Positions 36,417 to 50,216 are shown, counted from the first letter of the stretch. The stretch: DNA of 64,000 nucleotides from Eledone cirrhosa (GCA_964016885.1 OZ024743.1:235104001-235168000), one strand, 5' to 3'. Notes: generated by a model from the letters alone, not told the origin. Program-made: numbers and translations.

Positions 36417-36854
36417 TTAAAACCGTAGAAACTTGCTTTTGTTTTCGTTATTTGTCTTACCACTTCACTGTCTTTTCTGATCTGCTGTTTCTTTTCCTCA
36501 CTTAGCCCTCTCTGTCATTTTACTTTCAATCAAAATTATCTTTTACTGTCTTAATCAACGTAGCTAAAATTCTACTGTATTGAATAATTTGATAAACAAC
36601 AACATAATTGAAGTAGTGCCATGTCTTAAGCCACTTTCTCTGCATATTCAACTTGTTTCTAGAGAAGGCTATGTATGTATGGACCCGTAACTCATGGGGG
36701 ATCATAGGTGCGCCGTATTGACATACAGCGTTTCTGAGGCACTTTTAAAAAAAACCTGGTGGAGCCCATCTCCTCTCCGGGTCTGAATACAGCAGCTTTC
36801 TTCCAGAGATGGATAGAAAGGGAGAGAATGGAAGTGAAACGAGAGATATAGAGG

Positions 36855-37018
36855 AAGAATCGACCCCAGTACTAGACTGGTGCTTTTATTACCGACTGTG
36901 AATGAATGAAAGGCAAATTTGACTTCGGCGGGATTTCAACTCAGAGAGAGCACAGAGCCGAAGCGAATACCGCAAAGCATTCTCTCCAACGTTCTAACGA
37001 CTCTGCCAATTCGCCGCA
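36855..37018 (-). mobile_element. Family A SINE, diverged
   Basis: Core and head motifs. Confidence 0.7.
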
Positions 37019-37630
37019 TAGAGAAGGCGATACTATCTGTAAATTTAAGGATTTTATTGATTGAGTTAAAATCCGCTGAAGAAGCTCATTTTATAATAGT
37101 TGAGGAAGAAACTAATTATCAGCAATTAGGTAAAATTTGAGAGTAACACCAATGCAATAGAATTGGGATGACAGAATTTAATGGAAATGTCTTGACTGAA
37201 TCGGTAGCTTCCGTTTGGACAGGCACACATGTTAATCATATGCATAGGGTCAAGTTTAGGGAAGATTAAATTGAAGGTACTCCCGAACACAGATTTCATC
37301 CATCCACCCACCAATGAATACAGACCACAGACCTGCATTCATCTAGCGATCCATCCATCCATCAATCAATACATGCATACATATATGATGGCTGCAAACT
37401 CTGCTAAGAGTACTGCAATCGCTTGTCAGATTATAGAGTTTGGTGCACTTTTAGGCTACGGCCAGTCACACAAACTTGTAACATATCCTGAACAAGCAAT
37501 GCCTGTGCTTTGAAGTTTTTTTTAAGTGGGGAAATGCCTTGCACTCGATCAATCCCACTCCCTGAGCATCGAAAACACTACCCGAAAAGGAGAACTGGTC
37601 AACATCTTCGGATGTTTTCGAAGCCGCAAG

Positions 37631-37914
37631 TTTTTTTTTTTTTTCAGAGTTTCCCTCTCCTAGAAAGGTGTTGTGACAACAACTAGGGGTCTTTCCCTCC
37701 CAAGTAAAAAAAAAGTACTATCTGGATGGCCGTTGACTCTGCCGAGTTCCTCCGCCCTTTGCCGGGTCTTGTATTTCATCCCGTAGAGTGTCCAAATATC
37801 ACCCTCTTCCCCAAGCAAGCTTGGTGGGGTTGCCGGTTTAGTTGCCGACGACCCAACCATGAGACAGGTTGTACTGGGTTACATGTTACCAGTAGCACTC
37901 CAGAGCGACCTGAC
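37631..37914 (-). mobile_element. GC-rich RTE 5'-UTR-like non-autonomous element with poly(A)
   Basis: Minus strand ends CTAGGAGAGGGAAACTCTG-A(n), like the RTE 5' UTR motif CTAGGAGAAGGAAAACTCTG. Confidence 0.45.
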
Positions 37915-37953
37915 ATACATGCATGTATGCATGCATACATACATACATACATA

Positions 37954-38112
37954 CGAGAGTCAACTGAAAGTTCATAGGGTGACCAAGATACTCTCATTGG
38001 ATGAAACAATGCAGTTATTAATAAGAAGAGTTGAAATTAATGCATGCAAGGTTTCACAGCTCTAGCATCACTCCTTCAAAGTCAGCCTATGAACGTTTCA
38101 GTTTACCTTCTA
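37954..38112. mobile_element. Mariner-derived MITE, copy 1
   Basis: TA|CGAGAGTC..TGAAAGTTCATAG TIR; body shared with the copies at 42066, 51750 and 57334. Confidence 0.8.
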
Positions 38113-39079
38113 TATACATACATACATTTTTGGGAAATCTAGTCGGTATCTACCGTCTAAGATGCCGATTGCAGTCACCTGCTAGCACTAACGAGCGGGA
38201 CAATCTCCACAATTATTCCAAACGACTGAAGGCGGGTTGGTACATAAGCTGTCAATAGTCTGAAGGCACCACCTTTGCTAATTTCCTAAACAACACTGCC
38301 ATTCTGCTCAGTGCAGGCCTCCTGAAACAAATACAAACTTCGTAGTTGTGCAAATGACTGCGTACAGGAAATCTTGGTCTCGCTGATGGGCACCACATCT
38401 AAATCTAGTGATCTGAGGGCGTTATACAATTGATCTTGCTTAGAGGCATTTACCTTAATCTCAAAGAATGAGTAATCTCACCAACCAGTTCTTGACTGCT
38501 CCTTTTCGGAAAATCCTCATGATATATGGGGGAAAATATATTAACAGAGTAAGAACCACTCTAAAATTTATGCAAAAAGTAGAATAAATATTCTAGACAA
38601 GATTGCCTCTTACCATTCGTCTCCTATAAAAAATTAACTCTGATGTCAATTTTATGTTATATGTCTGTATGCTAAAACAGACAACGATGGAAATAACTGT
38701 CTTCCCCAATTAGGGAAAAACAGCAAATTTTATTGTATTCTATTAACTTAGGTATTTTCATCTCTTATGTCAGTTTTCAACTGCAAAATTTCAAGCAACC
38801 CCTTTTTAAGCCCCATATATTTATCGACCCAGAATATATTCCCATAGCCCCCTATATATCAGTGTTGATCACTTAGGTAAACTCTGTATTTTATGGTCCA
38901 TTACTTTACTTGAAAACCTTAACTGAACAAGGTTAATGTTTAAACACTCAATAGTAGCATAACCAATTGCTATTGCTATGCATGTGTGTGAACGAATGTG
39001 TATACCCTCCCCATATATATATATATAAACATACATATATATGTATGCATGTATATATGTATGCATGTATGTACGTATG

Positions 39080-39218
<139 letters not shown>

Positions 39219-39744
39219 GTTCAGTTGGGGCTCACATATTCTTTTAACTGTTTGCACTTGTCGAAAAGAAATTAAAAATGCTGGAATCCTATAATGTTGT
39301 ATCAGTTCTCAGTCAAGGTCAATTTATATTATTTCCTGTGCAAGAGGAAGAACCCAACTTCATGTTTGACAGGAAATGCTGGACACGAGAGGAAATAGGC
39401 TCCTAGTTTAGTATACACCCATCAAATGTTTATTTGTACTGTGCTTATCGTTGCTTGTTAACTTAAGATGTTTCATTTTAATCAAACTATATTTGAAATG
39501 TTGCTAACAAAACACTTTAAATGTAAAACAAATAACAGTTAGTACGATCATTTTACTAAAATGACGATTTTTTAACCGAATATTTAGTTGTTTCAGAAGC
39601 TTAGAGTTAAGATTGGCAGCTTCATTTGATACGCATCAATGACTGTAGAATTGTAATAGTTAGCGTGTGCTTAGAATGCTTCACTTGTTGTTTCTGTTCA
39701 ATGTTTTGTCAGAATTATAGAGAACAATATTGAGATATAGAAAT

Positions 39745-39880
39745 CAAAGAATTTAATATTTAGTCAAACATATAGAAAAAGAAAGTAGTATTGGGAATGA
39801 CTATAAATGCTATAAATGAGAGGAAAAGGAGGGAAAGAGCAAGGAGTATTCTGCAACCATAGAAAGGAAGGACGAAGGGT
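39745..39880 (-). mobile_element. CRE-like 3' UTR fragment
   Basis: Reverse complement matches 16850-16945. Confidence 0.6.
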
Positions 39881-40387
39881 ATCCGTCGATTCCATCTTTA
39901 AACAGATCGTTTAAGCAGATCGTTTATGAAAAGGAATATGACTGAAGTCAACTACCCAGAGAAATAGGCGATATTTACACGTAAAGAAAAAACGTTGTGG
40001 TAATTGATGCAAAGCCTCGGCAGTAGAAAGCTAAAGCTTGCACCATTGTTTCGAATTCTATTTGAATTTACTCATCCATCTAAAAAATATGGCTTATGCT
40101 GCTATAGTTGTGTGTCTTTTACCATAATGTTTGATTAATCAATACCTTGTGAGTAGAATTTATTAAGCAGGAAATGTGTGTGTGTGTGTGTTTCATGTCA
40201 CTCTTGAGTGGTAGTGGCAACAAGTAAACCAATACATGTTGCATAGTAGGGTTATCGGTGACTAATCCACCTACCCCCACCAAACCTCATCGATAAGGAG
40301 AGACATTTTGGACTCCCCGCGGGATCAAAGACAAACAAAACTCGTCAAAAGACGAAGGAACCCATGAGAGCCAACGTTCATTTAATA

Positions 40388-40450
<63 letters not shown>

Positions 40451-40454
40451 AAAG

Positions 40455-40855
<401 letters not shown>

Positions 40856-41121
40856 GGAAAAAAATGAAACGAAATTTCATTTCTCACTCTTGGTACGGCT
40901 GTTACTTAAATATAAGTATGTATACGTACATACATATATGTATACAGACGCACAGTAGTATGTATATATATACATACATGCACACATATATATATATGTA
41001 CGTATGGATTTACCGACCATTTATTATAATGCTCGGTGTGTTTGTAAACAAACATCCCGAATTAAGCCGTACAGTGTTTAGCAACCATCGTTGCCCTTTT
41101 GTTCAACACTGACAAAGGAAG

Positions 41122-41161
41122 GATGTACTAATTTCAAGCTTATTAGCTATCGTCAGCATCG
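41122..41161 (-). ncRNA. Minimal hammerhead, one substitution in the palindrome
   Basis: CGATG-CTGACGA-tagct aata agctt-GAA-ATTAGT-A-CATC. Confidence 0.65.
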
Positions 41162-41309
41162 TATACCTTCCTGCCAAATGATTGAACGTCTGAAAGTATA
41201 TACTTTCCTTATGCATATTAACGGCTGAGCAGCCTAATTTGCATATCGAGTGAGTTAATCGGCCGGGCGCACCGAAAACGATAAACGGAAAAAATGGCAG
41301 GAAGGTATA

Positions 41310-41350
41310 CGATGCTGACGATAGCTAATAAGCTTGACACTAGTACATCG
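41310..41350 (+). ncRNA. Minimal hammerhead, core GAA to GAC substitution
   Basis: CGATG-CTGACGA-tagct aata agctt-GAC-ACTAGT-A-CATCG. Confidence 0.6.
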
Positions 41351-41552
41351 TTCCTTTGTCAGTGTTGAACAAAGGGGCAACGATGGTTGCTAAACACTGT
41401 ACGGTTTAATTTGGGATGTTTGTTTACAAACACACCGAGCATTATAATAAATGGTCGGTAAATCCATACGTACATATATATATGTGTGCATATATGTATA
41501 TATATACATACTACTGTGCGTCTGTATACATATATGTATGTACGTATACATA

Positions 41553-41719
<167 letters not shown>

Positions 41720-42065
41720 ATTTACATGTGTATGTAAATACACAAATACACATAAGAGAAAAATATTCTTTGTTGAAATCTACGGTGTTTGTAGTCTTTG
41801 GTCATCTTTTGTGTTAACAGCTCCAAACATTTAGGTGGATTGGGGGCTTTTCTGTTGAGCAAACATTTGTCACTATAAACTCTGATATGCCACTTTTTTC
41901 GCCAACAGGGGGTCAGGAGTGAGTTTTGTAGCTATGTCAACATTAATCCTATATCTTACCGAATTTCCATCTGTCTGTGACTCAACGATGTTCATCTCTG
42001 AATGGTTCTGATGAAGATAAAATTCTGTTTCATGAGCAACTAAAAGGAAATTCCGGTTGGAAGTA

Positions 42066-42263
42066 CAAGGGTTGGCTGAAAAGTTCATATGGTGACCAAG
42101 ATACGCTCATGGAATAACTAAATAGGGTTTATTTTTCAACATAGACCCTGGAAAGAAACAATGCAGTTATTGATAAGAAGAGTTGAAATTAATGCATGCA
42201 AGATTTCACAGCTCTAGCATCAATCCTTCATAGTCAGCCTATGAACTTTACAGCCTACCCTTG
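42066..42263. mobile_element. Mariner-derived MITE, copy 2
   Basis: TIRs CAAGGGTTGGCTGAAAAGTTCATA / TATGAACTTTACAGCCTACCCTTG. Confidence 0.8.
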
Positions 42264-42854
42264 GATAATAATAATTCTTTGAGTCCCCAACACATGAACT
42301 GGAGAAAACTTTAAACTGTAAGAACATTTAGGACATCATGGGACCAAACAATCAAAGTCAAACTCCATTGGTTTATTTTTGCTTAAATGTACACAAAATT
42401 GAATTTGACTATATCACGTTCTTTGAATGGAAAGAGAGTTATTCCCACGGGCCACTTACCATCACCACGACCGAGGACCTCGCTGATGAGAGTGTGGCTG
42501 GTGGAGAATGAGGAGAGATATGCCGGCAGTGCCAGGTCAGAAGTAGGCACTCACAATGGAAGTATCTTTTAAAATTAGATTAATCATTAGAGACAAATAC
42601 ATCCGCACGTATTTTCCCTCTGTAAAGACATATAGATACGAGCCTGATATATAAATATATATATTTAACTTGTTTAAATATCTTTCACTCTATACACACA
42701 CATACCAAGTTGAGATATCTTGATGTACTGTTGAATAATATATATAAAGTGATTTAACGCTTGAAATTCTGTATATAATTCAGTAAACGACTACTGCTTT
42801 GACCTTAGACAGGCACAGTATTTGCTGCATTTCAATGTACAGAATATATATATT

Positions 42855-43262
42855 TACATCCACCAGCCATGATCTCACTTCCAACCCGGCTGCGCATGTC
42901 AATCTTGTTCATTAAAATAACGAACAGGAGAGGTGACAGTACGCACCCATGGCGGAGTCCTACTCCCACATTGAATGGTTTCTATTTAGCACCGTTTATT
43001 CGAACACAAATACTTGGGCATTTGTATAGAGACATCCGGGCAGCAACGAGCTGACCATCGACTCCATACACCTGCAGAACCTTCTACAGCAGGTCCCGAG
43101 GAATGCAGCCATATGCCTTTTCAAGGTCGAAGAAACAAGACTATACATCTTGGCAATACTCGGACGATTTCTCGAAGACCTGTCGCAGTGTGAATATTTG
43201 GTTGGCTGTGCTGCGCCCGGGGCTAAAACCACACTGTTCATCAGCTAGCTTGGACTCGACAA
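42855..43262 (-). pseudogene. RTE LINE reverse transcriptase fragment
   Basis: DEQCGFSPGRSTANQIFTLRQVFEK..FDLEKAY..GVGLRHGCVLSPLLF. Confidence 0.9.
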
Positions 43263-43673
43263 TTTCCTTGCATCTCTTTAACTGCTCTTGTGACCGCACG
43301 TAAATTGAGAAAAAAAATGATAAACATTTTAAATTGATTTTCGGATGTTTTGGACGCTCATATATATCTCCTTAATATCGACATTCGCGAGAACGAGTGC
43401 TCAATAACACAGTAAATATCAATATTTCCTTTATTAAGGCCAAGTTTGAATCTTGTTGCTCTGAGGTTTTTGCCTGTGTATTATTCACAGGCCAATGACC
43501 CTGTAAATACGAGAGATTCAGAGTAAGAAGACTCAAATTTAACCTCAATAAAGAATAGGCGCGCGCGCGCGCACACATATATATATATATAAATATATTT
43601 AAAATCAAGGTTTAGCAAATAGAGAAACAGTTTTAAAATAAATTTTTAAAAGTTCGCTGTACTTACTATATGT

Positions 43674-43756
43674 ACCCTTACCGCGCGGTTTCAAATCCCA
43701 AAATAAATGGATAATCCAGGCAGACATCATTGAGAAGGGGATTCTCGTCAGAAGGT
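43674..43756 (-). ncRNA. Type I hammerhead ribozyme, intact core, GC palindrome
   Basis: ACCTT-CTGACGA-gaatccc...gggattt-GAA-ACCGCGCGGT-A-AGGGT. Confidence 0.8.
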
Positions 43757-44095
43757 TCTTCTCGCTCGGAGAATATAAAATTCCCGAGTTCAAATCACAA
43801 ACTGGCGCCATACAAAACTGTTCCCAGATGAGAGTGAATGAGGAAGGGACCAATTCTGTCTAGTGCCATGTGTAAAGACAGAAGGCAAGGGTGGACAGGT
43901 CAATGTCCTGCCACTAGAAATAGCAGCAGTTCAAACGACCAAAATGTTATCTCTACCTTAGGGGAGATTAATAATAATAAAGTATGTGTTCCAACGTGTA
44001 AAAAAATACATATAGGGATACAAGTATTATCCAAACGTATGCCAATATGGTTCTATGGCAGGTTAATAAATTAACGAGCCAGAACATATAAAATC

Positions 44096-44175
<80 letters not shown>

Positions 44176-45662
44176 CTAATAAACAAAATCAATTAGAACG
44201 AGTTCTGGAATTCAGATGAAAGAAGTTTTCTTTTCCTCTTTTCAAAATCCAGTGTGTGTGTGTGTAAATCGTTGTTCATCCAGGGAGAATGTATGTGCAC
44301 ACTATATATTTCATATAAAATAAATTAATTTAATTTATTTTCAATACTTCCTGTTAAAATAATGGTGGAGGTTAAACCAACCAAGCCTCTGACTAAATGT
44401 ATGGCACTCTTTGGTTTAGTCACGGGTGGAAGTTCTAAGCTAAGCCTCTCACTAAATGTATGGCAGTGTTTGGCTTCGTTGCGCTTCCTTTACATTTCAA
44501 ACCACGAGGGTTTCAACTTCACCTTTCGTCCTGTTCAAATATATACTAGCCGGCTATTCTGTTATTTGCAAAAGCAAAGCATGAAAACTTGTTTATTAAC
44601 TCTATATACCTAACCAACAGAAATTACCCCAAAGCAGACGTGCTAACCTCTAAATACCCAAACGGGAGTAACATGAAAAGAATGAGCCCAAATGTTGAGA
44701 TTTTACATAATGAAAGCTATACCCATTTTCACAAGAGAAGACACCTCTCACCTACCCTAAAGTGAGTGGGAGATCTCCTCGTCGGACGGGGAGAGTTGAC
44801 AAAGCTGTTTGTTTTAAAGTGTATATATTTATCTAAAAGCTCTCATCGTAGAATATTGTCCGCGTGCTCGTAAACGACGAACTGTTGACGAAGGACCTTT
44901 ATTGTGGACTTGTTGTTGAACTGATCAGCAGAAAGGGAACTTCCGATGGGGCGGGTAACAAGACCTGAATTTTAGGGGTAAATCGCTCTTTCTTACGTTT
45001 GTAAATTTTGTCACACAATAAACAACAGTTCAACAAATGACCGTGATCTGTTATTTTGCATATAGCTTAACTAAAGTTACACCACCAAAATTTTATGTAT
45101 GAACTTTTGTTAATTTATGTTCCAAACACCAACTTAATAATGAGGAAGTTATTTCAAATGATTTGAAAATTATAAACAATGTGTTTCATTAGAAATATTG
45201 TAATGAGTCGGCTAATGTAGAGCAAACACTCACACAATGTAACGAACACACATGGTTTCTTCTTTATAATGAGACTTAATGAAGGTAGTTTTATTTTTGT
45301 CTACATTTCAACTAAAGGTTATGTATTATGGAGCCTCCTTTAAGCGTCTATATATTGCAGGGGACATTGTATTTGTTTAATTTCAAAATTGAATTTACTG
45401 AATTGAATTCCATGCATTAAATTACCATTTTTAAACCGAATTGGAAATATTTTATCTTTTTTTTTTTATTACGATTTATCGAGACATGGTTTGAAATTTG
45501 AAATGTTGGAATCATTCAGTTGTAAACCGAACTTCTTAATCACGTGGCTATTCTTGCACCCATTTTTCTTATTAAATTGGTCTTGTACCTAAATTAGAAG
45601 CCAATATTTCCTTTTTCATATCAGCTCTCTCTCTCTCGCACGCGCACGCACGCACACACACA

Positions 45663-45705
<43 letters not shown>

Positions 45706-46353
45706 ACACACACACACACACATACAAACACACACATGCATACTATCATACACACATGCACACTATCATACACACACGCACACACACAAACACACACACA
45801 CATGCACTCACGCGAGCTACTTCCTCATTGTACATCACATTTTTATTCAAACTGAAATCCGGAAACATTCAGACAATACAACGACGTCAGGCAATAAAAC
45901 ATAATCGATAATCAATCATCGAACTTTACTGCGTTTCAATTGGCTCATTAGTGGAATGGCTGCTCGTTAGAGATTGCCTATTATAATGGAACAGATTGAT
46001 ATAAGTTGGCGTGTGTATGGATTAATATTGATCAAGATATTTGGACCTTCAAGCTGTATGTCAGACATCAATTCTAGAAGAACAATGATTTATCTCTATA
46101 TAAATTATGTAAACCATAAATGCTGGGTTAATGAGTATTAAATCATAAACATGATTCCTATTTTTAGTTGTATTCAAAAGACGTAGTAAATGAAGCGGGA
46201 ACTATGTTCATTACTGAAGTAATTTTTAATGAAGTTATTCATTGATAGAAAAGATGAATGGAAAATATTGTCAGCTGTGTATTTCCTCTTCGCTGCTGTT
46301 CTCATCAGCTGCTAGTTGGTCTTATGTAACGACTTCCGTGCACTGATAACCAT

Positions 46354-46398
<45 letters not shown>

Positions 46399-46419
46399 AT
46401 ATGCATATATATATATATA

Positions 46420-46837
46420 TATATATTGGTAAACGGAATAGAAAATACTGACAAATTGTTCACAGTTGAAAAATGGTTTAATTAGGAATAAAAGAGTATT
46501 AGTGATTGAATGGGTTAGTATTCAGTTGTGGTTTTAAGTTTTTAAGTTTTTACCGGTTGCGCATTTCTAAATGCTTTTCAAAAATAATTTTGAGATAGAG
46601 TGTCCGTGCTGTTTGCTCTGATCTGAGCAAACAGATCAGAGCAAACAGCACGGACACTCTATCTCAAAATTATTTTTGAAAAGCATTTAGAAATGCGCAA
46701 CCGGTAAAAACTTAAAAACTTAAAACCACAACTGAATACTAACCCATTCAATCACTAATACTCTTTTATTCCTAATTAAACCATTTTTCAACTGTGAACA
46801 ATTTGTCAGCATTTTCTATTCCGTTTACCAATATATA
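46420..46837. repeat. 418-bp near-perfect palindrome (206-bp arms, 6-bp spacer) carrying a degenerate minimal hammerhead
   Basis: 46420-46625 versus 46632-46837, one mismatch seen (46447/46810); TTT-TTGAAAA-gcatttagaaatgc-GCA-ACCGGT-A-AAA. Confidence 0.9.
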
Positions 46838-47099
46838 ATAACTTGTGTGTTACACCTCTATTCTTTTAACTATATATATATATATACGTAGTATAGCTGT
46901 TGCCTTCCTACTGAGAAAGTCGATCTTATTACCCAATAGGAAGTCCTCTTCTTCCTCTTGCCCCTCCTCCTCATCCTCATCATCATTCATTATCGTCATT
47001 ATCATCATCGTCATTATCATCATGATTACCACCACCACCACTTATTCAATAGTATCTAGTTATATTGGCGTAGTGATGTAAAGGTGGCAATGTTCATGA

Positions 47100-47390
47100 T
47101 TTTCTCAGTCCCTCTGAGACATATGAGATTGATATGGCTAATGTACTGTTTGAATATCTTTGAGATGAAGTCTGCAGACAAAAGTAGGCGGAATGGCTTT
47201 CCAGGTGGTTGATGTTCTGAGGTGATGTCTGCAGACAAAAGTAGGTGGAATGGCTTTCCAGGCGGTTGATGTTCTGAGGTGATGTCTGCAGACAAAAGTA
47301 GGTGGAATGGCTTTCCAGGCGGTTGACTTTCTAAAAGGAAGGGTTGGACATAGAAGTTAGGGTTGGAGCGAATGGGGGTGGGTTGTAACA
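47100..47390 (-). repeat. 57-bp triplication inside a probable decayed PLE RT segment
   Basis: Unit TGATGTCTGCAGACAAAAGTAGGTGGAATGGCTTTCCAGGCGGTTGATGTTCTGAGG about 3 times; PNFYVQP..QPPGKP resembles PLE PxFY.LPK..PPGRP. Confidence 0.65.
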
Positions 47391-48988
47391 CTGTTGCATT
47401 GACGAGAGCTGGAGAGTGTTGTTATGCGAACCGAGTTGGAAGTGTAAGGCAGCTAACTAGTTGAAAGGAGCAAAGAGGCCGTTGTAGTAACAATAGAGAG
47501 AGTGGGGAGAGAAATCGTGTCTTTAGGCCAGAGGTTGCACCTACAAAAGGATGTAACTAGATACTCCAAACATATTTTATCCGACGCTCTACCCATCCGC
47601 AGCTTTTCGATCCAATTAGGAGCTTTTATGTGGTCGCCCGACCTACGAGGATTAGCAGCTAAATTTCCTTCAAACTACACCCTACCATCATAACATAGGA
47701 AGGACACAGCAGATAATGCCCTAGATACGCTACGTCAGATTTTAAGAAAGGATAGCCACAGATGGAACCACTTTAGTCATAGATCTACTTGATCGGTGGT
47801 GGTATGTGTGGGCGAGGGTACGGTGGTGTTAAGTTAAAGAACAACAGTAACTCATCGTCATTGTAAGAGTGTAATACTGACATATAAAAGTGGTGTGAAA
47901 ATGTAAGTAGTGAAATTATATATGATGTCTTAAACGTAGTTTCATCTATAATGTAGACCATCTGTAATGATGTAACATTTCCTCTGCTATTACGAATCAG
48001 AAATATATTTATAAAAACAAACAACAAAAAATCTTTTCCTTCATTTCAAATGTATTCTATTTCATGATTAGACTTCATGAGTTTAAGCTTCCAGTTAGAT
48101 TTTTCAGGTTTCTTTGCAATAAAGATTACAAACGGCATTTGGCATCTCTTATGAGAGATCTTCTTCTTCTTCTTCTTCTTCTTCTTCTTCTTCTTCTTCT
48201 TCTTCTTCTCCTCCTCCTCCTTCTTGGTGATATGACAACATGACCCCCAAATATAACAATATATGTTTCAACACACGATTTCATATCCAAAACCTTGCAA
48301 AACAAATACAATGTTTGAATTATTTTCACTAAAAAAAAAGTCAGTGTAGGCAGTAATAGTTATTAACGAGATTTATATAGACCACTTAATGGTGTCAATG
48401 GGGTGATCCCAACAGGGTGGGGGATATTATTACTTCCTTTCTTACTACATTCTCACCTAATCTTACCACTTGTCACTGTTTCAATTCCTTACCAATTATA
48501 CAGCCTTCTTCTTACTACTACTACTACTACTACTACTACCACTACTACTACTACCACTACTACTAGTGTTGTTATTGTTGCTGCTGCTGCTGCTGCTGCT
48601 GTTTCCACCACCCCAACCAACAATGGAAACTACGTTGTTGTTCGATCTACTAGAAATAGAACCTAAATCTCCTATAAATCACACCACTTGGTCTTTAAAA
48701 ATGTACACATCCTGGGTTTCTTGTACGCTGGAAAGAAAATCCGGCATAGTTTCGGCTGAAATTATTTTTGATCATTGTCCAGCTTGACAAGGCTGACCTG
48801 AGGCTAAACGACAACAATAGGTAAAAACTAATGAGGGTAGCCTGTACTTGATTCGCTCGACCTGCTAAAAACAGTATCCAAATCACACCCTGACATTTTA
48901 AATAAAGAAGAATAGGCATATTACATAATTAGTTACTGGTACTATATTAGTGTTTTGTTTCAATGTTATATTATACTATACTAGAGAA

Positions 48989-49316
48989 CAGCGGTCGCCA
49001 ACCTTTCGGACCTCACGAACCACTAAATTCATAATTTTAAATCCCGTGGACCACTAACATGAATTAATGGTCAATGGTCGAAACAATACTGAAGTGTACG
49101 TGTGTCATATTGTCGATAGATGATACATGTGTAAAATTATTTCATGGATGTTAGTTCTTTACTGAAGAGAAACATTTTTAGGGGGTTTATAAAATATATT
49201 TTAACCGAATATTATTTTTGTTTTATTATTAATAAAACATAAAAATTGCAAATAATGTCCACATTTTTCTGCGGACCACCAAAGTTTTCTCTCGGACCAC
49301 CGATTGGCGATCGCTG
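48989..49316. mobile_element. hAT MITE
   Basis: CAGCGGTCGCCAA / TTGGCGATCGCTG TIRs; TSD CTAGAGAA / CTATAGAA; GGACCAC subterminal repeats. Confidence 0.88.
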
Positions 49317-49472
49317 CTATAGAATATAGTTTAGTATATAGATTTTAGCCAACACTACATGGCTGGGTCTGTCTCAAGCCGGTGCTTATCCCGGTTTTCG
49401 TGGCGTGAAACGACTGAGAGTACAAGACTCCCACCTGGACAGGACGCCTGTCTACCACAGGGTTAACCTGGT

Positions 49473-49738
49473 GCTCTGATGTCTCTGTGTTTCTGTAGAC
49501 CTCAAGGGCCTGAAGGTAGCGGTGAATCTTTACATAGTTAGTTGCTAGCGTAATGCTCCGATCTTTCTGTCTTTCTGTAGACCACTGGGGTCTGTTGATA
49601 GTGGTGAATCTTTCACATAGCTTGATCTGTAATGGGGTGCTCCGATGTCTGTTTTCTGTAGACCTCTGGAGTCTGAAGTTAGCGGTTAATCTTTACATAA
49701 TTTGTTGTGTATCCTCGCGCTCCGATGTATCTGTGTCT
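49473..49738. repeat. 80-84-bp tandem repeat (about 3.3 units) with a variable segment
   Basis: GCTC(C/T)GAT recurs at 49473, 49555, 49639 and 49719. Confidence 0.8.
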
Positions 49739-50029
49739 AAGGTGGGAAAATATAGGCTTTATATACCTATCGCTTCCTGTCTCCCACCTTGTGAGGATAG
49801 CCAACGTATCAACCTGTTCACACCAAAAGGGTGGTGACCTAGAATTTGACAAAGGTTCAAGGCGTGGACAGATTTCGCTACACCTCCACTAACACTGCAT
49901 GTATATGGAGATTAAACAGCTTGTGTTTATATACAATAACTTCGGGGATTTAAAAAAAAGAGGAATCAGCTTGACCAATTTTAATATTGTTAGAATTTCA
50001 CCAGCGACCATGTAGCCTCTTTAACTTTG

Positions 50030-50216
50030 CACGATAGTATCGGTAGAGAGTCGTACACCATGCTTTGCAGATTAGAGTTACGGTCATTTACGGTCTGAGT
50101 TCAAATCCCGCCGAGGTTAACTTTTCCTTTCATCCTTACGGGGGTCGATAAAATAAAGTACCAGTAATGCACTGGGATAATTGCTGGCCTTGTGCCAAAA
50201 GTAGAAACAATTATTA
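50030..50216 (+). mobile_element. Family A SINE
   Basis: B box, core and tail. Confidence 0.85.

Noticed and set aside
37820-37900. HDV-like ribozyme on the minus strand
   Set aside because: P1/P3-like pairings are visible but a compatible P2 and P1.1 could not be built
42483-42540. CTGATGA as a hammerhead core
   Set aside because: No downstream GAAA or pairing stems
45925-45955. Hammerhead-like CTAATGA..GAAAC on the minus strand
   Set aside because: Mutated core with no stem I or II pairing
49473-49738. C2H2 zinc-finger array (84-bp period) or true CRISPR
   Set aside because: Only one Cys and one His per consensus unit and no TGEKP linker; repeats too long and diverged and no cas genes; kept as an unexplained repeat
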